This document shows, piece after piece, positions 14,440 to 29,733 of a DNA stretch of 64,000 nt. Where the stretch lies: assembly GCA_965153285.1 (NCBI GenBank), contig OZ229114.1; one strand, written 5' to 3'. The notes under the pieces are model-generated. The model was given only the letters and a program-made list of their open reading frames with translations, made no database searches and was not told the DNA's origin. The first letter of the stretch is position 1. Every line of letters starts with the position of its first letter. The position numbers and the translations under genes were made by a program. Source of the DNA: Podarcis tiliguerta (taxonomy: Eukaryota).

Positions 14440-14901
14440 CCACTGAACTGGAAGCGGCTGTCAAGAACACATAACACCGGTCTTGAAAGACCTACATTGG
14501 CTCCCAGTACGTTTCCGAGCACAATTCAAAGTGTTGGTGCTGACCTTTAAAGCCCTAAAGGGCCTCGGTCCAGTATACCGGTCCAGGATACCTGAAGTAT
14601 ACCTCCATCTTTCTGCCCAGACACTGAGATCCAGCGCCGAGGGCATTCTGGTGGTTTCCTCGCTGCGAGAAGCCAAGTTACAGAGAACCAGGCAGAGGGC
14701 CTTCTCAGTAGTGTCACCCGCCCTGTGGAACGCCCTCCCACCAGATGTCAAAGAGAAAAGCAACTACCAGACTTTTAGAAGACATCTGAAGGCAGCCCTG
14801 TTTAGGGAAGCTTTTAATGTTTAACAGATTATTGTATTTTAATATTTTGTTGGAAGCTGCCCAGAGTGGCTGGGGAAACCCAGCCAGATGGACAGGGTCT
14901 A

Positions 14902-14948
<47 letters not shown>
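14440..14948 (+). mobile_element. L2-clade LINE 3' end with (AAT)n tail
   Basis: Encodes HITPVLKDLHWLPVRFRAQFKVLVLTFKAL...RAFSVVSPALWNALP, typical of the L2/CR1 ORF2 C-terminus, followed by the 3' UTR and an (AAT)n tail. Confidence 0.9.
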
Positions 14949-14949
<1 letters not shown>

Positions 14950-15089
14950 TTAGGCAGAGCTCCACACGATCAGGAACCCTGAAAAAGCAGGATTAGGAAT
15001 ATAGGAAGCTGCTTTGTACTAAGGCAGGTCACTGGTCCTTGGGAAGATAGGAGCTGTAGTCCTAAAATTTCTGGAGGGCTACTCTTAGT

Positions 15090-15235
15090 GATGGAGCAAA
15101 TGTCAAGTTCTATTCCTGGGATTTCAGCATCACTGAGAAAGACCCCCAAACTGAGACCTTAAGCAGCCATTCTTGGTCAGAGCAGATGATACTGGGGTAG
15201 CTGGGCCTATGGACTCAGTACAAGGCACCTTCGTG
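15090..15235 (+). mobile_element. Degenerate Squam3-like SINE
   Basis: Weak similarity to the squamate tRNA-SINE body (gaaagacccc..ctgagacc...gtcagagcagatgatactg...gactcagtacaaggca). A related head lies at about 46350-46500. Confidence 0.45.
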
Positions 15236-15479
15236 CACTGTCAGGCTTCATGCAACTGTCAAAAGCCAATCCATCTTACATTCAGATTGTCATGAGGCCA
15301 GGGCGACATGAACTGACCTCATCTTCCACACCTACCATGCACTGAACAGTCATGTGAATTGGCCTCTAGTGGCAGAAGACCACCAAGCTTCCTTTGGGTA
15401 GCTTTTGCTGAATGTTCAGATGAGTCCAACATACTGGGTTTTTTAGAAGTGCTGAAAACCATCTGTCCTGCTTCAGGTA

Positions 15480-16306
<827 letters not shown>

Positions 16307-18238
16307 TAGGTAATTTGCTAGAACACCCATTATTTTGGAGGCCTTGGTCATGTCAGTCCCTGAAGAACTTCACCAGAAAAGTCTAGATGTTCTTCGGATA
16401 AATAGGAAGATGCAATTTTTGCCCAAGTAGGATTGTGAATTTAAGAACTGCAGTGTTCGGTATCACTTTGCAAATGAAAGGCATCCAGCTAAATAACAAT
16501 AAAAGAAAGTTAGGCATTCCTGAGTTCTACTGAACAGCAGTGCTACAAAAGCTAATCTCAACTGACTTGTTCCTTTGCTTTCCATGGGATTTAGCTGTAG
16601 CTCATTTATTGCGGTGTGAGATTTCAGAGGCAATGCCTACATTACTAGGTGCATGGAGTGATAACGCAGATAGTGTATTTCTCTATCTCGCTGCCCATTT
16701 ACCTATGTTAGACTAATGCAACATCTGCATTACATAGAGATTCAGTCATTAGCTTCTGATCAGTACCTGCAGACAGCAGAAGTGGGAACAGGTGAATATT
16801 GTAGCACACAAAAATGACATCTGCAAAGGGTAATGGAACAAACTTGTTTCCTGTTGATTATATATGAAAGGCTCCTAGACTTCTGCCTTTTTCAGCAGTA
16901 CTGCTTCTAAGCAAAATGTCTCATTCCAGAATTGCTGAATTACAATGGTTTACAGCATTCTGGATTCAGCAAATATCTGAAATTATGCAAATGAAAACGT
17001 TCACATGTGAATGCTGTCAATCCCAGAGAAATGTTACAAAAATAAGGAATCTCAGGGGTGCCCCCGTCATAGACAGGGAATGTTGATAGCCACCTATTGT
17101 CAGCACTCACTCACGGATTTCCCAAAGCAGGAATCAATTTTTAGGCATACACAAAACATATTTGGATTTGGCAATATTTGCATGCAGTAATTCTCCTGAT
17201 TTTGAACATTCACTGTAACATGCATAATAGCACTTCCAAGCAATAATCAGCTGCTACATCATTGTCTAATGTGTAGGCTGGCTCAAAGACATATTCAAGA
17301 CAGGGAGAGTTTGGGGCACTAGTTAAAAACACTATTTCACAGTTGGGTATTTGATACTACGTATTTGAAACTGCTGCTAGTATCTATCTAAGATAGCTAC
17401 TGAACTAATTCAATGGCTGTTATATCATTGTTTCATTTGTTATTTGATTGTTGTCTCTATTGTCCTTTCGGTTTTGCACTTCATTGCATTTTTGTTGCTT
17501 GATAAAAGGGGAGGGGTGCAAATATTTTAATAAATTGCAACAGACACTACATGTGCCTCTAGGACTGAGATGTCCCAGTGTAAGGGGAAATGCAAAACAG
17601 AGCAGCTCCCAAGAGTTGCTGATAGCTCAATCCTACGCAAGTCTATTCAGAAGCAAGCCCTGTTTAATTCAACGAAACTTACTTCTGAGCAGACATGCAT
17701 AGGAGTCTGCTATAAGAGACCATTAGGGGAATTATACCTTTGTTCAGGAATCCCAGGCCCTGACCTATATAGAACATCATTTGTCCCCTGCACATGCCAC
17801 TGACTGCCTTATCACCACCTCATAAGTTCCCCATATCTAATTAGTTTCTGAGCTATATTTTCACATTGCACTAGGCAGGAGGATACACGTCAGAAGCTGG
17901 ATGCTGCACATAGGATATTATTTGGTCACTCCTCATCCTGAGATTCTGAGCACAAGTGTCTGGGAGACAGTACTGTAACCATGCCAGAATGCCAGAATAA
18001 ATTCACAAATGCCAATCAAACTCTTGGGCTGCCGTTTTGCTAATGGGTCCTGCCAACACACACGGAAGCTTGGATTTATTTATTTTTTTAAAAACCCTTA
18101 ATTGGATATCTTGTTTTCAGGCTGGATTGTTTTATAGTATGTTTTGGTTAATAACTGGGAAAATTGGGTCTTTGGTCTTGTAAAATATCCTTAACATTAT
18201 TTCTATACCTGGATTGGATTCCATGAATTTTCTCACTA

Positions 18239-18480
18239 CAGTGGTAGCTCGGGTTACAGACTCTTCAGGTTACAGTCGCTTCAGGTTACAGACTCTGCTA
18301 ACCCAGAAATAGTGCCTCAGGTTAAGAACTTTGCTTCAGGATGAGAACAGAAATCATGCTCCGACAGCGTGGCAGCAACAGGAGGCCCCATTAGCTAAAG
18401 TGGTGCCTCAGGTTAAGAACAGTTTCAGGTTAAGAATGGACCTCCAGAACAAATTAAGTTCTTAACCCGAGGTACCACTG
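18239..18480. mobile_element. Tigger-like MITE
   Basis: TA-flanked CAGTGGTA...GGTACCACTG; closely similar to 7711-7953. Confidence 0.88.
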
Positions 18481-18537
18481 TATTGAGGGGTCCTAAGAAG
18501 TTCCCAGCCCCATGAGCTGGACTTGGTTGCATTTTAA

Positions 18538-18696
<159 letters not shown>

Positions 18697-19472
18697 TAAC
18701 AAATTCCAAGGATTTAACTCAAGAGTTTAAGGAGGGGGTTATCCTACACACCACCAAATAAAGAAAAAACCCTCTCCATTGAAACCTTGATTAGCAAGGA
18801 CTAACTTCCCCCACCAGAAGCTTATGCCACTCTGACTGCCTTAAAAGTAACATAAGCCAATGGGAACAACTGCCTTCTTGTCTCGTGAAAAGTGCTGGGT
18901 TGCTGGCATCTGTCTAAAGCCCTTTACAAGAAGCAGTCACTTAGCTGATATGGCAAAGTTCACATGTGACACTAAAGTGGATTTCTGCAGATCCCAGAAG
19001 TAGTCTCTACACTGGCATTCACATGTGAAATGTAACATGGGAGTGAAAGCATGCCTGTAGTTCTACACTGTAGATAGCAAATTACGGAAGTTGCCACACC
19101 TGAGATCATAAACTGCTGGCTCATGTAATCTCACTTCTGTGAATGAAAGCTTTGGATGCAGGAGAAAGTCAATTCAGTTCTCATTTAAAGGTGAACCAAC
19201 CTAATTCACACTTCCAAAACAATACACTAGTTGTAACTCTGCCACCCTTAAAAATTCACACTTCTCTGAATTTTCCAATCAGTTCTCCAGTTTTGAAAAA
19301 TAATAACAATATATTAGTGAAAACAAAATACTAAAAATCATTTTAGCTTTGCAAAAATGTGTATATTAAGCAAAATTGCATGCAAGCTTAGTCAGAAAAT
19401 TTGCATGAAAATGCCGGTGAATGTTCATGAGGACTTCATATGATGCTTCACTTGATGTTACTGTAATAATAA

Positions 19473-19913
<441 letters not shown>

Positions 19914-21012
19914 GCTCAGATCTCTTTTTCATGATGTTCAGTCATTTCCTCCCTTGGCTACATAGAAAGGGGACTGGCATATCAGAGGCAGTCTGATATA
20001 TTTCCTGTCCGCTTCAAGATGAATATTTGATTCTAGGAAGCAAGAGGAAGTGTTGGAGCAGCAAACTTGCTTAAATGGAAATGTTGCAATCCTACTGATT
20101 TAAGTAGGCAGGCACTAAATCCACAGTATATTTATTTAATGGGATTTAAATAGAGGTAGTTTTTCAGAACTTAAAAAAATGTGATGCGTTGGAGTACTTC
20201 GCTATTGACTCTTAAAGACACTGAGCTATCAGAATATTTGCCTATAGTATGGTAGAGAAACTTTTTACCTCTCTGGGGAATCACTTCAACTGTGACAACG
20301 GCATGCAAGTGTTTATGAATGAAATAACACATTCCTTCCGCTCATCTGATGTAAGAACATTATACAGTCAATGAATACAAGAACTGCTTTAGTATTAAGC
20401 CTCTCTTGACTAGATCGATAATAATGGTGGTGTTTACCCCATGTAGGAATGTGAAAAGAGCATGCAGTTCTTTCTTTCAGATACAGCCAAGCAAGACATT
20501 TTCCCCAAAATCTTGCTCAGCATTTCATCAACATTATGCCTGGTTTAACCCCACAGCAAATTCACTTCCTTGAAGGATTTTATAGCAGTTGTTTTATACA
20601 AAGGTACTGGTATTTGTCCTTTTCACAATATCAGGTCATTTTAGGAGACCACCAATCTGTGATAGCTTTTACCTTCTCAATGTGGTTCCAACTGCTGGGG
20701 AATCAATAAGAGTCAATTATTTTTTTATGGACAGTCTGCATGAAAACTGATGATAGAAATGCCAGATGTTAAAGTTATCTAGCGCATATCTGGTTCTCTG
20801 TGAGCATTGTGTGAATTTCCCTCAGGATCTGGTCAACAAATGAAACTGTGAAAAGTTGTTTTCACATATCCTCAGACTTTGAAAAGAAATGCTGAATTAG
20901 CAAATGGATTATATGAATGAAGTGGGGTGGAATATTCAGTACTGTAATCACTGTTGTAAAGGTTGCATGCTTACATATTTTTATTTTTTTGACAAATGTT
21001 TGCAAAGAAAAA

Positions 21013-21022
21013 AATAAATAAA
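21013..21022 (+). promoter_or_regulatory. Candidate TMEM26 polyadenylation signal (overlapping AATAAA x2)
   Basis: AATAAATAAA about 1.1 kb after the stop codon. Further AATAAA hexamers near 21706 and 21836 are alternatives. Confidence 0.4.
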
Positions 21023-22692
21023 TGTCCAGATAACACAGACATTTCCCCCTGCTCAAGGTACTCCCACATCCACATTTGTCTAGATATTGTGAAGTGGGGG
21101 AGGGGGGCTTGCAAAGGGTCATCAGCTGATAGAAGGGAGTGGTGTTTCGCTTCACCCATGCTGCGTTATTGTTTTTTGCAAAGCCCCTTCCACAGCTGAG
21201 TTTGCTTCTGGTTTGGTGCCACAGGTTCCCCATCTCTGCTATACAGGATGGTTGTAAAAAATGAAATTTTGTGCTGAGTCATGTTAGGCTTATTTGAGTG
21301 AGATTCTGGAATTGCTTCCTTCCAGTTAGCCGCCTCAGAGGGAAGGTAGCTCTGTGGTGTCTCTGGAATTATTAACAACAGCAATTTTGAGGGTTGCATT
21401 TCCTCCAGTCACTGGATAATGCTATCCCATTTGGCTTGAATTGACTTCTTTACCTAGTACACGACCTAAAATTATACCTCCAGCTTTGCTCATATAAAAA
21501 CGCCAGTGTTTGTCATTACTTCTGCTCTTTACCTAACAAGGACCCTGTGTTTTTCACTTAAGGAAAGGCTGGAGACAGAGTAACTGCTGGATTTTTACAT
21601 TTACAAAAATGGGGGGGGGGGTGTCAGCCACTGAGTGCTTCTTGGAGCCTAAAAGTAAACCCTTTGTGGTTTAAAAGCAGACCAGCTTCCGTGTTAAGTT
21701 AGAAAAATAAAGAACAACACTATTGCAAAGGTTTGCTGAGATGATTGTTTAAAACACTTTGAACATTCAAATAGAAAAGGTTATTAAAACACGTTTATCC
21801 TGATTTTCACCATGTTGGTATCAGTGGCTTACAACAATAAAGTAGACAATATGCAAAATTTAAAACATAAATTAAACCCCCATAATTTAAAACCTCAAGA
21901 CTTTTTAACTTTTTTTTTTTAAAAAAGTGAAACATCTGAGAAGCATTTGGAGTGCAATGGCCTCCTGAAATAAATAAGTTTTGACCAGGTGTTTGAAACT
22001 CTGTGGGGACTAAGTATATACAATGATTCCTACATGCACAGGAAAAAACCATGCTGCTGTTTCTTCACAGTCATGAAGGCAATGGTCATGAGATGGTTAA
22101 TGCTTGGGCATTCTCATTTTCAATATACTTTGGAGCCAAGAGGAACCTGGGGGACTTTAAAGGGCTAGCATGCAATGAACACAATGAAGTGTCTGCTTCT
22201 GATATTTTATCCTCTGGCTCAAAAAAGACAGAGCTCTTAAGCCTTTAAATTTTTTGACTATGGTATAATGCCTGCTTTTTAGCTCTTTTTTGTTTGTTAA
22301 GAATTCCATAGAGCTAGTATGCAGAAGAGATTTGGCAATAATTTTTAACACTTTCCCACAGATCTTTTGCGAATAAGGCACAGATACTTCTGTTTACTAC
22401 CCTACAAACCACATTATTAGCCCATTTCATAGACAGGTCCACACAATAAGTAGCACATGGCCAGAACTGGACTTGGGGCATTCTAGTGCAAATATAAAAT
22501 AATTGCCTTTAAGTCAATATTTTTGTTTAAACACAGGACAAATTTGGACTGTAAATTTGCTCTACAGAAATGAATGTGGAAAGATTTCATGTTCATCAAA
22601 TACTGAGGACTCAAGAGAAACTGCATAAAATGGTCTGGAATGCAAAAAATGAACTCTGGGACCTGGGGCTAACTGGCCTAGGCCAACTGGTA

Positions 22693-23040
22693 AGGTAAAG
22701 GAACCCCTGACCATTGCGGCCGACTCTGGGGTTGTGAGCTCATCTCGCTCTATAGGCCGAGGGAGCTGGCATTTGTCCACAGACAGCTTCCCGGTCATGT
22801 GGCCAGCAGGACTAAGCCACTTCTGGTGAACAAGAGCAGTGCACGGAAACGCCGTTTACCTTCCCGCCGGAGAAGTATCTATTTATCTACTTGCACTTTG
22901 ACGTGCTTTCGAACTGCTAGGTTGGCAGGAGCAGGGACCGAGCAATGGGAGCTCACCCCGCCGCGGGGATTTGAACCACTGGCTTCTGATCGGCAAGCCC
23001 TAGGCTCTGTGGTTTAGACCACAGCGCCACCCATGTCCCT
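22693..23040 (-). mobile_element. Near full-length Sauria SINE with a 14-bp TSD
   Basis: tRNA-like head at the 23040 end, ACCTTT-type tail at the 22693 end. TSD taggccaactggta at 22679-22692 and 23041-23054. Confidence 0.92.
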
Positions 23041-23054
23041 TAGGCCAACTGGTA

Positions 23055-23263
23055 GGACGTCCCTATTTTCATCGGATAAATGTTGGAGGGTATGGAATTA
23101 TGTGACCCCCAAGCCAAGAAGTTAAGTAATTATACAGCCTTTAGAAGATATCTGAAGGCAGCCCTGTATAGGGAAGTTTTAAAACGTTCAGTGTTTTATT
23201 ATATTTTTATCTGTGTTAAAAGCCACCCAGTGCAGCTGGGGCAACCCATTGGGATGGGTGGGG

Positions 23264-23300
<37 letters not shown>

Positions 23301-23345
23301 GAATAGTATGTCCCTATTTTCATTGGAGAAATGTTGGAGGATATG
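23055..23345 (-). mobile_element. Composite hAT-like MITE containing an L2 3' end and (AAT)n
   Basis: Two copies of the terminal module gtccctattttcat.ggaga/taaatgttggagg.tatg bracket an L2 3' UTR. Same architecture as 29385-29733. Confidence 0.65.
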
Positions 23346-26300
23346 GGAGTGTACTGACATCTCAGAGCCCTCTATAGTCACATAAAGCACCACATGCGAG
23401 TAATGCTAGACCCTTGCATTTCACAGGCTGGTATCCTTAAACCTTTTACTCCTTACATAACCAACTTCTGCCAAAAGTAACACTTTGAAAACTGAGGGGA
23501 TTGAGGTGGGATTAAGCTGTCCTTTTCCTTGAACATGCACACTTGGTATTCCTGCATGCACACACCCAACATGACCTTTCCTTTGGGACTATTTCATAAC
23601 ACTCTGCCAAGGGCTTTAAAGTAATATTTCAATGGAAAGCACAAGAATCAATAAAGCCTTTGGTTTTGCCTCACTTAAAAATAGTCTTGATGGAGGAAGC
23701 ATGTATGAAAGGTTGCAGTTAAGGGGGTGATTGTCTTCCAAGCTGCCTTTTTCTGACACGGCTGTAAGATTAGCTGCTGCGTCTCTGCAGATCTGCTCAG
23801 AGATAGCTTGTGTTTTTACAGCACAGTTTGTACAAAAGAAGACCCAATGCATGCTGCAAGCTGCAGCTTCAGAAAGGACAGACAGAACCACAGGCGCAAG
23901 TAAATATGCTGCGACTCAATGGAAAATCCTAAACATCTCATATTTAATTGAGAAAAGTTACTGGAAGGGGAAAGGTGGTAGGGAGGTTGGCGTGGAGCAA
24001 ATGCACCAGCGGACCCAATCCCGCACTCCTGTTAGTGCATTTGCACCACACCTGCCTGCCCACCACCTTGCCCCTCCTAGTAAGCAGCACTCAATGGACA
24101 GAAAGGCAAGATTTATTAATAAATACACCAAGCAGCTTGAAGACTTCCTTTTCTGTTTCATCAGCCATTCAAGTGCAAAATTAGGAGGCAATACACTCAA
24201 CAAGCCCACACACATATTGGGAAAGGGAGAGGGGGAGGCTGCCGGGAGTAAAAGGTGCCATGGGCTAGCCTGTAGCTATATGCCAGAATGTTACTGTGTA
24301 TGTATGTTGTGTGGATTTTTATCCCCCTAGTCAACATGAAATGAGCCGTTACTATGGCAATTTTTGACATTATAAGGTGGTTGTGTTACAGTGCAGTACA
24401 TCCATAAAAGAAAGCTATGCTCCCAGTCCTGTCAAGTTATCCTCTGCAGCTAAGGTGCTACATGGTCTTAGAAAAAAGCAAGGTGTTGGTATAGGAATTT
24501 GTGCGGTCATAAAGGCAGGCTGGGTAAAGCAAAGGTGCTGTGGCTTCCACAGGTCACAATTTAATCAAAGAGCTGTTTCAATGTCACACTGTTAATATGT
24601 CAACTTGTGATTTTGAAAAGCATATTTACATTTCGCCAGTTGCTCCAGACAGGCCCCCTTCAGCTATTGCAGCTTCCCCAGTGTTTGATGTGGGGTGGAT
24701 ACCGCCACAGAATTAGCCTCATTTCACATTTTCTCGGGGGAACTGAATAGCTCACTATCCAGTCAAACCAGAGTAGTTGGGTTCAAGTCACTTTAATTGG
24801 GATTGTTTTTGATGAATCAATAAGCAAGTTGCAACTTGACACTGGCCCTGGATCTCACAACATTGTGTGGCTACTGTGGCATCTATACTATACATATCAA
24901 CTGGTTCAACAGCATTTCCTCTTTCTAGGGAACTCTGGAAATTGTAGATCCACTATGAGAATTCTCTGTTATCTTTGCCAGACCACGATTCTTTCAGAGG
25001 AGGCCTGAAGGCAAATGAGCTTCCATATGAAACCAAATAATTTCATCAAGTAGATAAACTGCAGGTGCAGAATATATTGCTTTCCAATAGTTATTGATTG
25101 GATTACAACTCCCATTGTCACTGACCATTGGCCATACTGGCTGGGGCTAATAAGAGCTGGAATCCAACAACATTTGAAGGCCACAGGTTCCTCATCCCTG
25201 AAATAAAGACTTTCAGTAACCTAATCAAATTACGTTTTGACAGAAAAGTCCAATTCTTTCTTTGTTAAATGTTGGTGTGTGTGTTATCTGTAGGCTTGCC
25301 ACTTTCAGTCAGATGCTGTGGCAGTAGCATCTTCATTTGCAGGTAGTAATTTTTTGCCTCTGTGCTGTAAAAAGCTTGACTTTCTGATTTTTTGTAGATC
25401 AATCTGCAGTTAAAGGCACAAGAACAGGCTCAACTGTGGTGTTTTTTTCTGGTCAGTTGGCAATCCTGGTTATCTGTGAGATATATTCTTCCTAAAAAAC
25501 ATGCTGTGAAGAAAATGTTTTTCGGAGAGGAAAGCTCTGTGAGGTAGCAAGTCCAGACAGTAATAAAATTATATTTCCTAAAACTCAGGGGGAAGGTGGA
25601 TCCTTTGAAATGATAACAAAGAAAATAACTACGCTCGAGTTCAAAAGGATTCTTTGAAATAGACCCAATGGCTTTGAAATACTCACAGAACTAGAGGTTA
25701 AAAAGGGTAGAAATAGGTATCAAAAGGAAATTGATGTAGTCAAATATTTTGGTGGACTGGGAAATAAAGCAGTAATTGTGCAGCTTGGTTAAAAAGAACA
25801 AGCATACAATAACTAAACATGCAACATCTAAAGCTGTGGAAAGCAAGGATTTGAAAAGCATGCAGTTACATTGACAAAGGTTACTGACATACCGTACTAA
25901 GTTAACAAAACAGCTACAAAGAAAGAGTTTTGGATGATCAGGGAATTCTGGGAACTCAAACTGTGAGAATTTATACCTGAGATTTTATTTTATTTTTTAA
26001 AAAAATGTTCCATAAATTAATTTAGCAGTTTTAGTCCTTTCCATCTTTGATGTGCTAGACTGAGGGAAGCCATTTTTATTGTAGTTTAGTGTATATTTTA
26101 GCTTTAATATGGTGTTCACCACTTGGGGGGCCTTTGAGCCAAACGGGGATATCACCACCATCTGGAACAACAAAGCACTTTCTACAGAAGTCCTTGTTCA
26201 AGGGCTTGCAGTCATGAAAAATGTAGAGGACACACCTGCCAGGGAACTAGACCATAACTTTAGTTCTCTTAAGTAAGAATAGAAGACGCTCAGGAAACTC

Positions 26301-28589
26301 CTGACTCTGCCCAGGCGCAACTAAGCCCACTGCCGTCTAGTGGCTAATCTATATAATGACACTATCCACATACTAAGTAAGCAGAAGACACAAGAGATGG
26401 GGAGCCTGTGGCCCTCCCAAGATTGTGGACAACCACTTCCTGACCACCTGCTGTGCTGACTGGGAGGGCCACAGGTCCCTCTTGAATCTCTAATTTGACC
26501 CAAATAGAAATAGTTAAAATTACTTTATTTACTGCTCTTGTTAGTCGCTTGTTACCCAAACGTCTTCAAGTTACATACAACACTTTTAAAAACATAAAGA
26601 CAAATACATCATACCATTTTTAAAAAATTTACAAAACACCTATCATTTATATATAAATATACTAGGGGCTGCCACCTATTAACTCCACCAACCCCTTTGC
26701 CAACCTCCCTTTCTTCACATCCATTCCCTCACAGATCCCCTCACAGCTCACCCAAACCTGCCGCCTCTCCTCACAGCTTACCCCAGACCCCTCCCCTCAC
26801 AGCTCAACTGAAGCCCCACCTGCATTTCAAGGAGGGGGATACATGTCAGAGAGCAGTTTGGCAAACCGTTCTCTGAAGTGCCCCCCCCTTAAGCAGCTTG
26901 CTTGGGCCACCTGCCCCCCCCCCGTTTACTTGCTTGCCTGCATTTCTGTCATCGCACTGTAGTTGGTGTGGCCTCCTATTGGCAGCCACATGAACTACAG
27001 CATGATGATAGCCTTACATTTTTTATAATATAGGAAGATATTATTCAGGTTGCATAATTAAAGCTGATGTGGAAGTGTTGAACAACAAACACACTTCCCC
27101 CTAAGAGTGGACTATTTGAAGAACAGCTTTTTGAAGAAGTGATGGGGAAATTGTAAGTGCAATTTATCACACAACTGCTCAATGCAGCAGCATCTAACCT
27201 CTCCACTAACAAATCAGATAGCATTGTCTAATCTCCCTGCAAAAAAAAGTCAGGATGAGTGCTCAATAAACAGGTCATCTGGAAGCAACATTTGGCTACA
27301 GTCCTGTAAGTACTGACCTAGAAGTAGGTGTCACTAAACTGAACAGGACTTATTTCTGAGTGGACAAGTGTAGCGTTACATTGCTGTGGTGCAATTCTAT
27401 GCGTTTTTACTCAGATGTGGGGCCTACTTTGTTCAACAGTGTTCACTCCCAGGTTATTGTGCACAGGCTTGCAGCTTTACAATGAATATGCAATAAAATA
27501 ATACTAAAACAAAAATTATTTAACAGATGAAAGGCAATAATCCATCAGCAAAGGCAACACATTTACCATGCCATGCACAGAGTAATCTGAGCCTATTACT
27601 TTTGAAATGGAAAAATATGGTTTGCTGTACCAAAAATTGCTTTGCTTTACACCAGGGGTGGGGGGAATACACAGCTGGCTGTCAATCATTCTTCCATCCA
27701 TAGTGCCTCCTCTATTTAGATGCAATAGCCTAAAGTGATCCCTGTGTCTTATATAAGTCCTTTTTATTAAGATATGCTTTCCCACATCAACCTCTCATTG
27801 TGGAGTTTGGATGAATTGTCCGTCTGCGTAGAGCCTTCAGGCTCCTTGCCAAGCCTCATCATCACTGCCAATAGCTTGGAAAACATTTTGTCTTCCTTTG
27901 GATTTTAAAAATCATCTTCACAGTAGGCTGAAGAATCAAGAAAAATAGATATTGCAAGTAGCTTTTCTGACCTCTGTGGCTCTAGGGAAACAGCAGCCGG
28001 GGTACTGACTGGATGGATATTAATGGAGGGACTCTCCATTTCATAATGGACTGCTGTGGACTGCAACCAGGTTTTCGGGTCATACTTTCCTTCACTTCAA
28101 AAAACTACAGCAATGCTAGTCTAAATTACCTGAATTAAGGAGTGATATTAACTTGGGATGATGTTCTCACTGTGCACCAGAACACTTGCTGGTTCATACT
28201 AAGCCACAGTTTGGCCTAGCATTCCATTTGAATGAGACCACTATAGTATGTTATTTATCAATTAACAGTTGAGTGTTTCTTGCAAGTCACTATAGCCATA
28301 GTACTGAAGTATGAGTGGTACTCAAACCCAGCTGATCTTCCATCATTGTCACCGACACTTAGTCTAAGAATCCTTGTGGCTCATTCAGAGATGGTAGCTA
28401 CAAACCCAGAAGTGATACAGGAAACACCTCATTGATGAGTGCAGTATGGATGTCCTCTACCTCCCCACTCCAGTCCACCCTTGGAGTAATAGTTAACACA
28501 CCTAGCTGAGGAGGTGGGATATTAAAGAAGAGAGTGAGTGCTGCTGGTTGAAAAGGTTGGAAGTAGAGGCAAAATAACAGCATGCATGG

Positions 28590-28643
28590 AAAATTAAAAA
28601 AATCCTTCCAGTAGCACCTTAGAGACCAACTAAGTTTGTTATT
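28590..28643 (+). mobile_element. Penelope-like element fragment (outer part of one arm)
   Basis: tccttccagtagcaccttagagaccaactaagtttgttatt, identical to about 32947-32987. Confidence 0.75.
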
Positions 28644-28644
28644 A

Positions 28645-28857
28645 GGGACGCGGGTGGTGCTGTGGGTTAAACCACAGAGCCTAGGACTTGCCGATCAGAA
28701 GGTCGGTGGTTCAAATCCCCACGACGGGGTGAGCTCCCGTTGCTCAGTCCCTGCTCCTGCCAACCTAGCAGTTTGAAAGCAAGTCAAAGTGCAAGTAGAT
28801 AAATAGGTACCGCTCCGACGGGAAGGTAAACGGCATTTCCGTGCGCTGCTCTGGTTC
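28645..28857 (+). mobile_element. Sauria SINE, 5' half only
   Basis: gggacgcgggtggtgctgtgggttaaaccacagagcctagg... ends abruptly at gctgctctggttc. Compare the full copy at 59890-60236. Confidence 0.9.
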
Positions 28858-28975
28858 TGGATCCTCCAACATTTCTCTGATGAAAAGCAGGATGTTCTGG
28901 GATCGAATCAGAAACTGGGACAGCTTCTGTAAATCTGAAACTATCCCTTGAAAACAGGGGCACTTGGAGGATCTG
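28858..28975. mobile_element. Short hAT-like MITE (termini ..gatcctccaa / ttggaggatctg)
   Basis: Inverted termini; body shared with 29607-29733 and 35485-35648. Confidence 0.7.
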
Positions 28976-29384
28976 GAGGGGAGCTCCAGTGACCGGGGGG
29001 GGGGGGAGAGAGTGAGAGAGGATGAGTGGAAGTTTGTGTGGTCCATTGGAGGAGTAGAGCAGGAGCAAGCTATCACATGACACGGGCAGAGGGTGGGGTG
29101 GGTCCAGGAGGAGGCATTTGAGAGAGAGTTTTTGTGGGGGCACAGGGTGGGTCATGGAGAGCGAGAGCAGGAATCTGCACAGGCCAGCTCCTGTGATGAG
29201 CGGCAGTGGGACAGCTTGTACAGGCACAGCCTCAGGGTGGGTCAGAGTTTGACTCTTCTCCCCCCCCCCCTAAATTGTTTAAACTTAATTACTTTTCATA
29301 AGAAAAGGGCCTTTAAAACTACACGTTTGTATGGTAAGCTTCTTCATATTACATTAAGCAAACAAAACATTTAAAAGGGCCTCA

Positions 29385-29406
29385 CATCCCCTCCAACATT
29401 TTTCCG

Positions 29407-29449
<43 letters not shown>

Positions 29450-29733
29450 CCCACCCATCTGACTGAGTTTTCCCCAGCCACTCTGGGCAGCTTCCAACAT
29501 ATATAAAAGCATAATAAGACATTAAGCATTTAAAAAAACTTCCCTATACAGGGATGCCTTCTACAGGTTGTATACTTATCTCCTTGGCTCAGGTGTTGCA
29601 TACCTCCATACCCTCCAACATTTATAGGGATGTCCTAAAGAAAAGTGGGACATTCTGGGATCAAATCAGAAACCAGAGTGGCTTCTGTAAATCCAGGACT
29701 GTCCCTGGAAAACAGGGACACTTGGAGGGTCTG
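29385..29733 (+). mobile_element. Composite hAT-like MITE with a captured antisense L2 3' end
   Basis: Order: cat.ccctccaacattt, (AAT)n plus L2 tail, cataccctccaacattt, core, ttggagggtctg. Confidence 0.7.

Noticed and set aside
23731-24330. Longest ORF in the track (199 aa)
   Set aside because: Non-ATG start, no recognisable domain or splice structure; consistent with a chance ORF.
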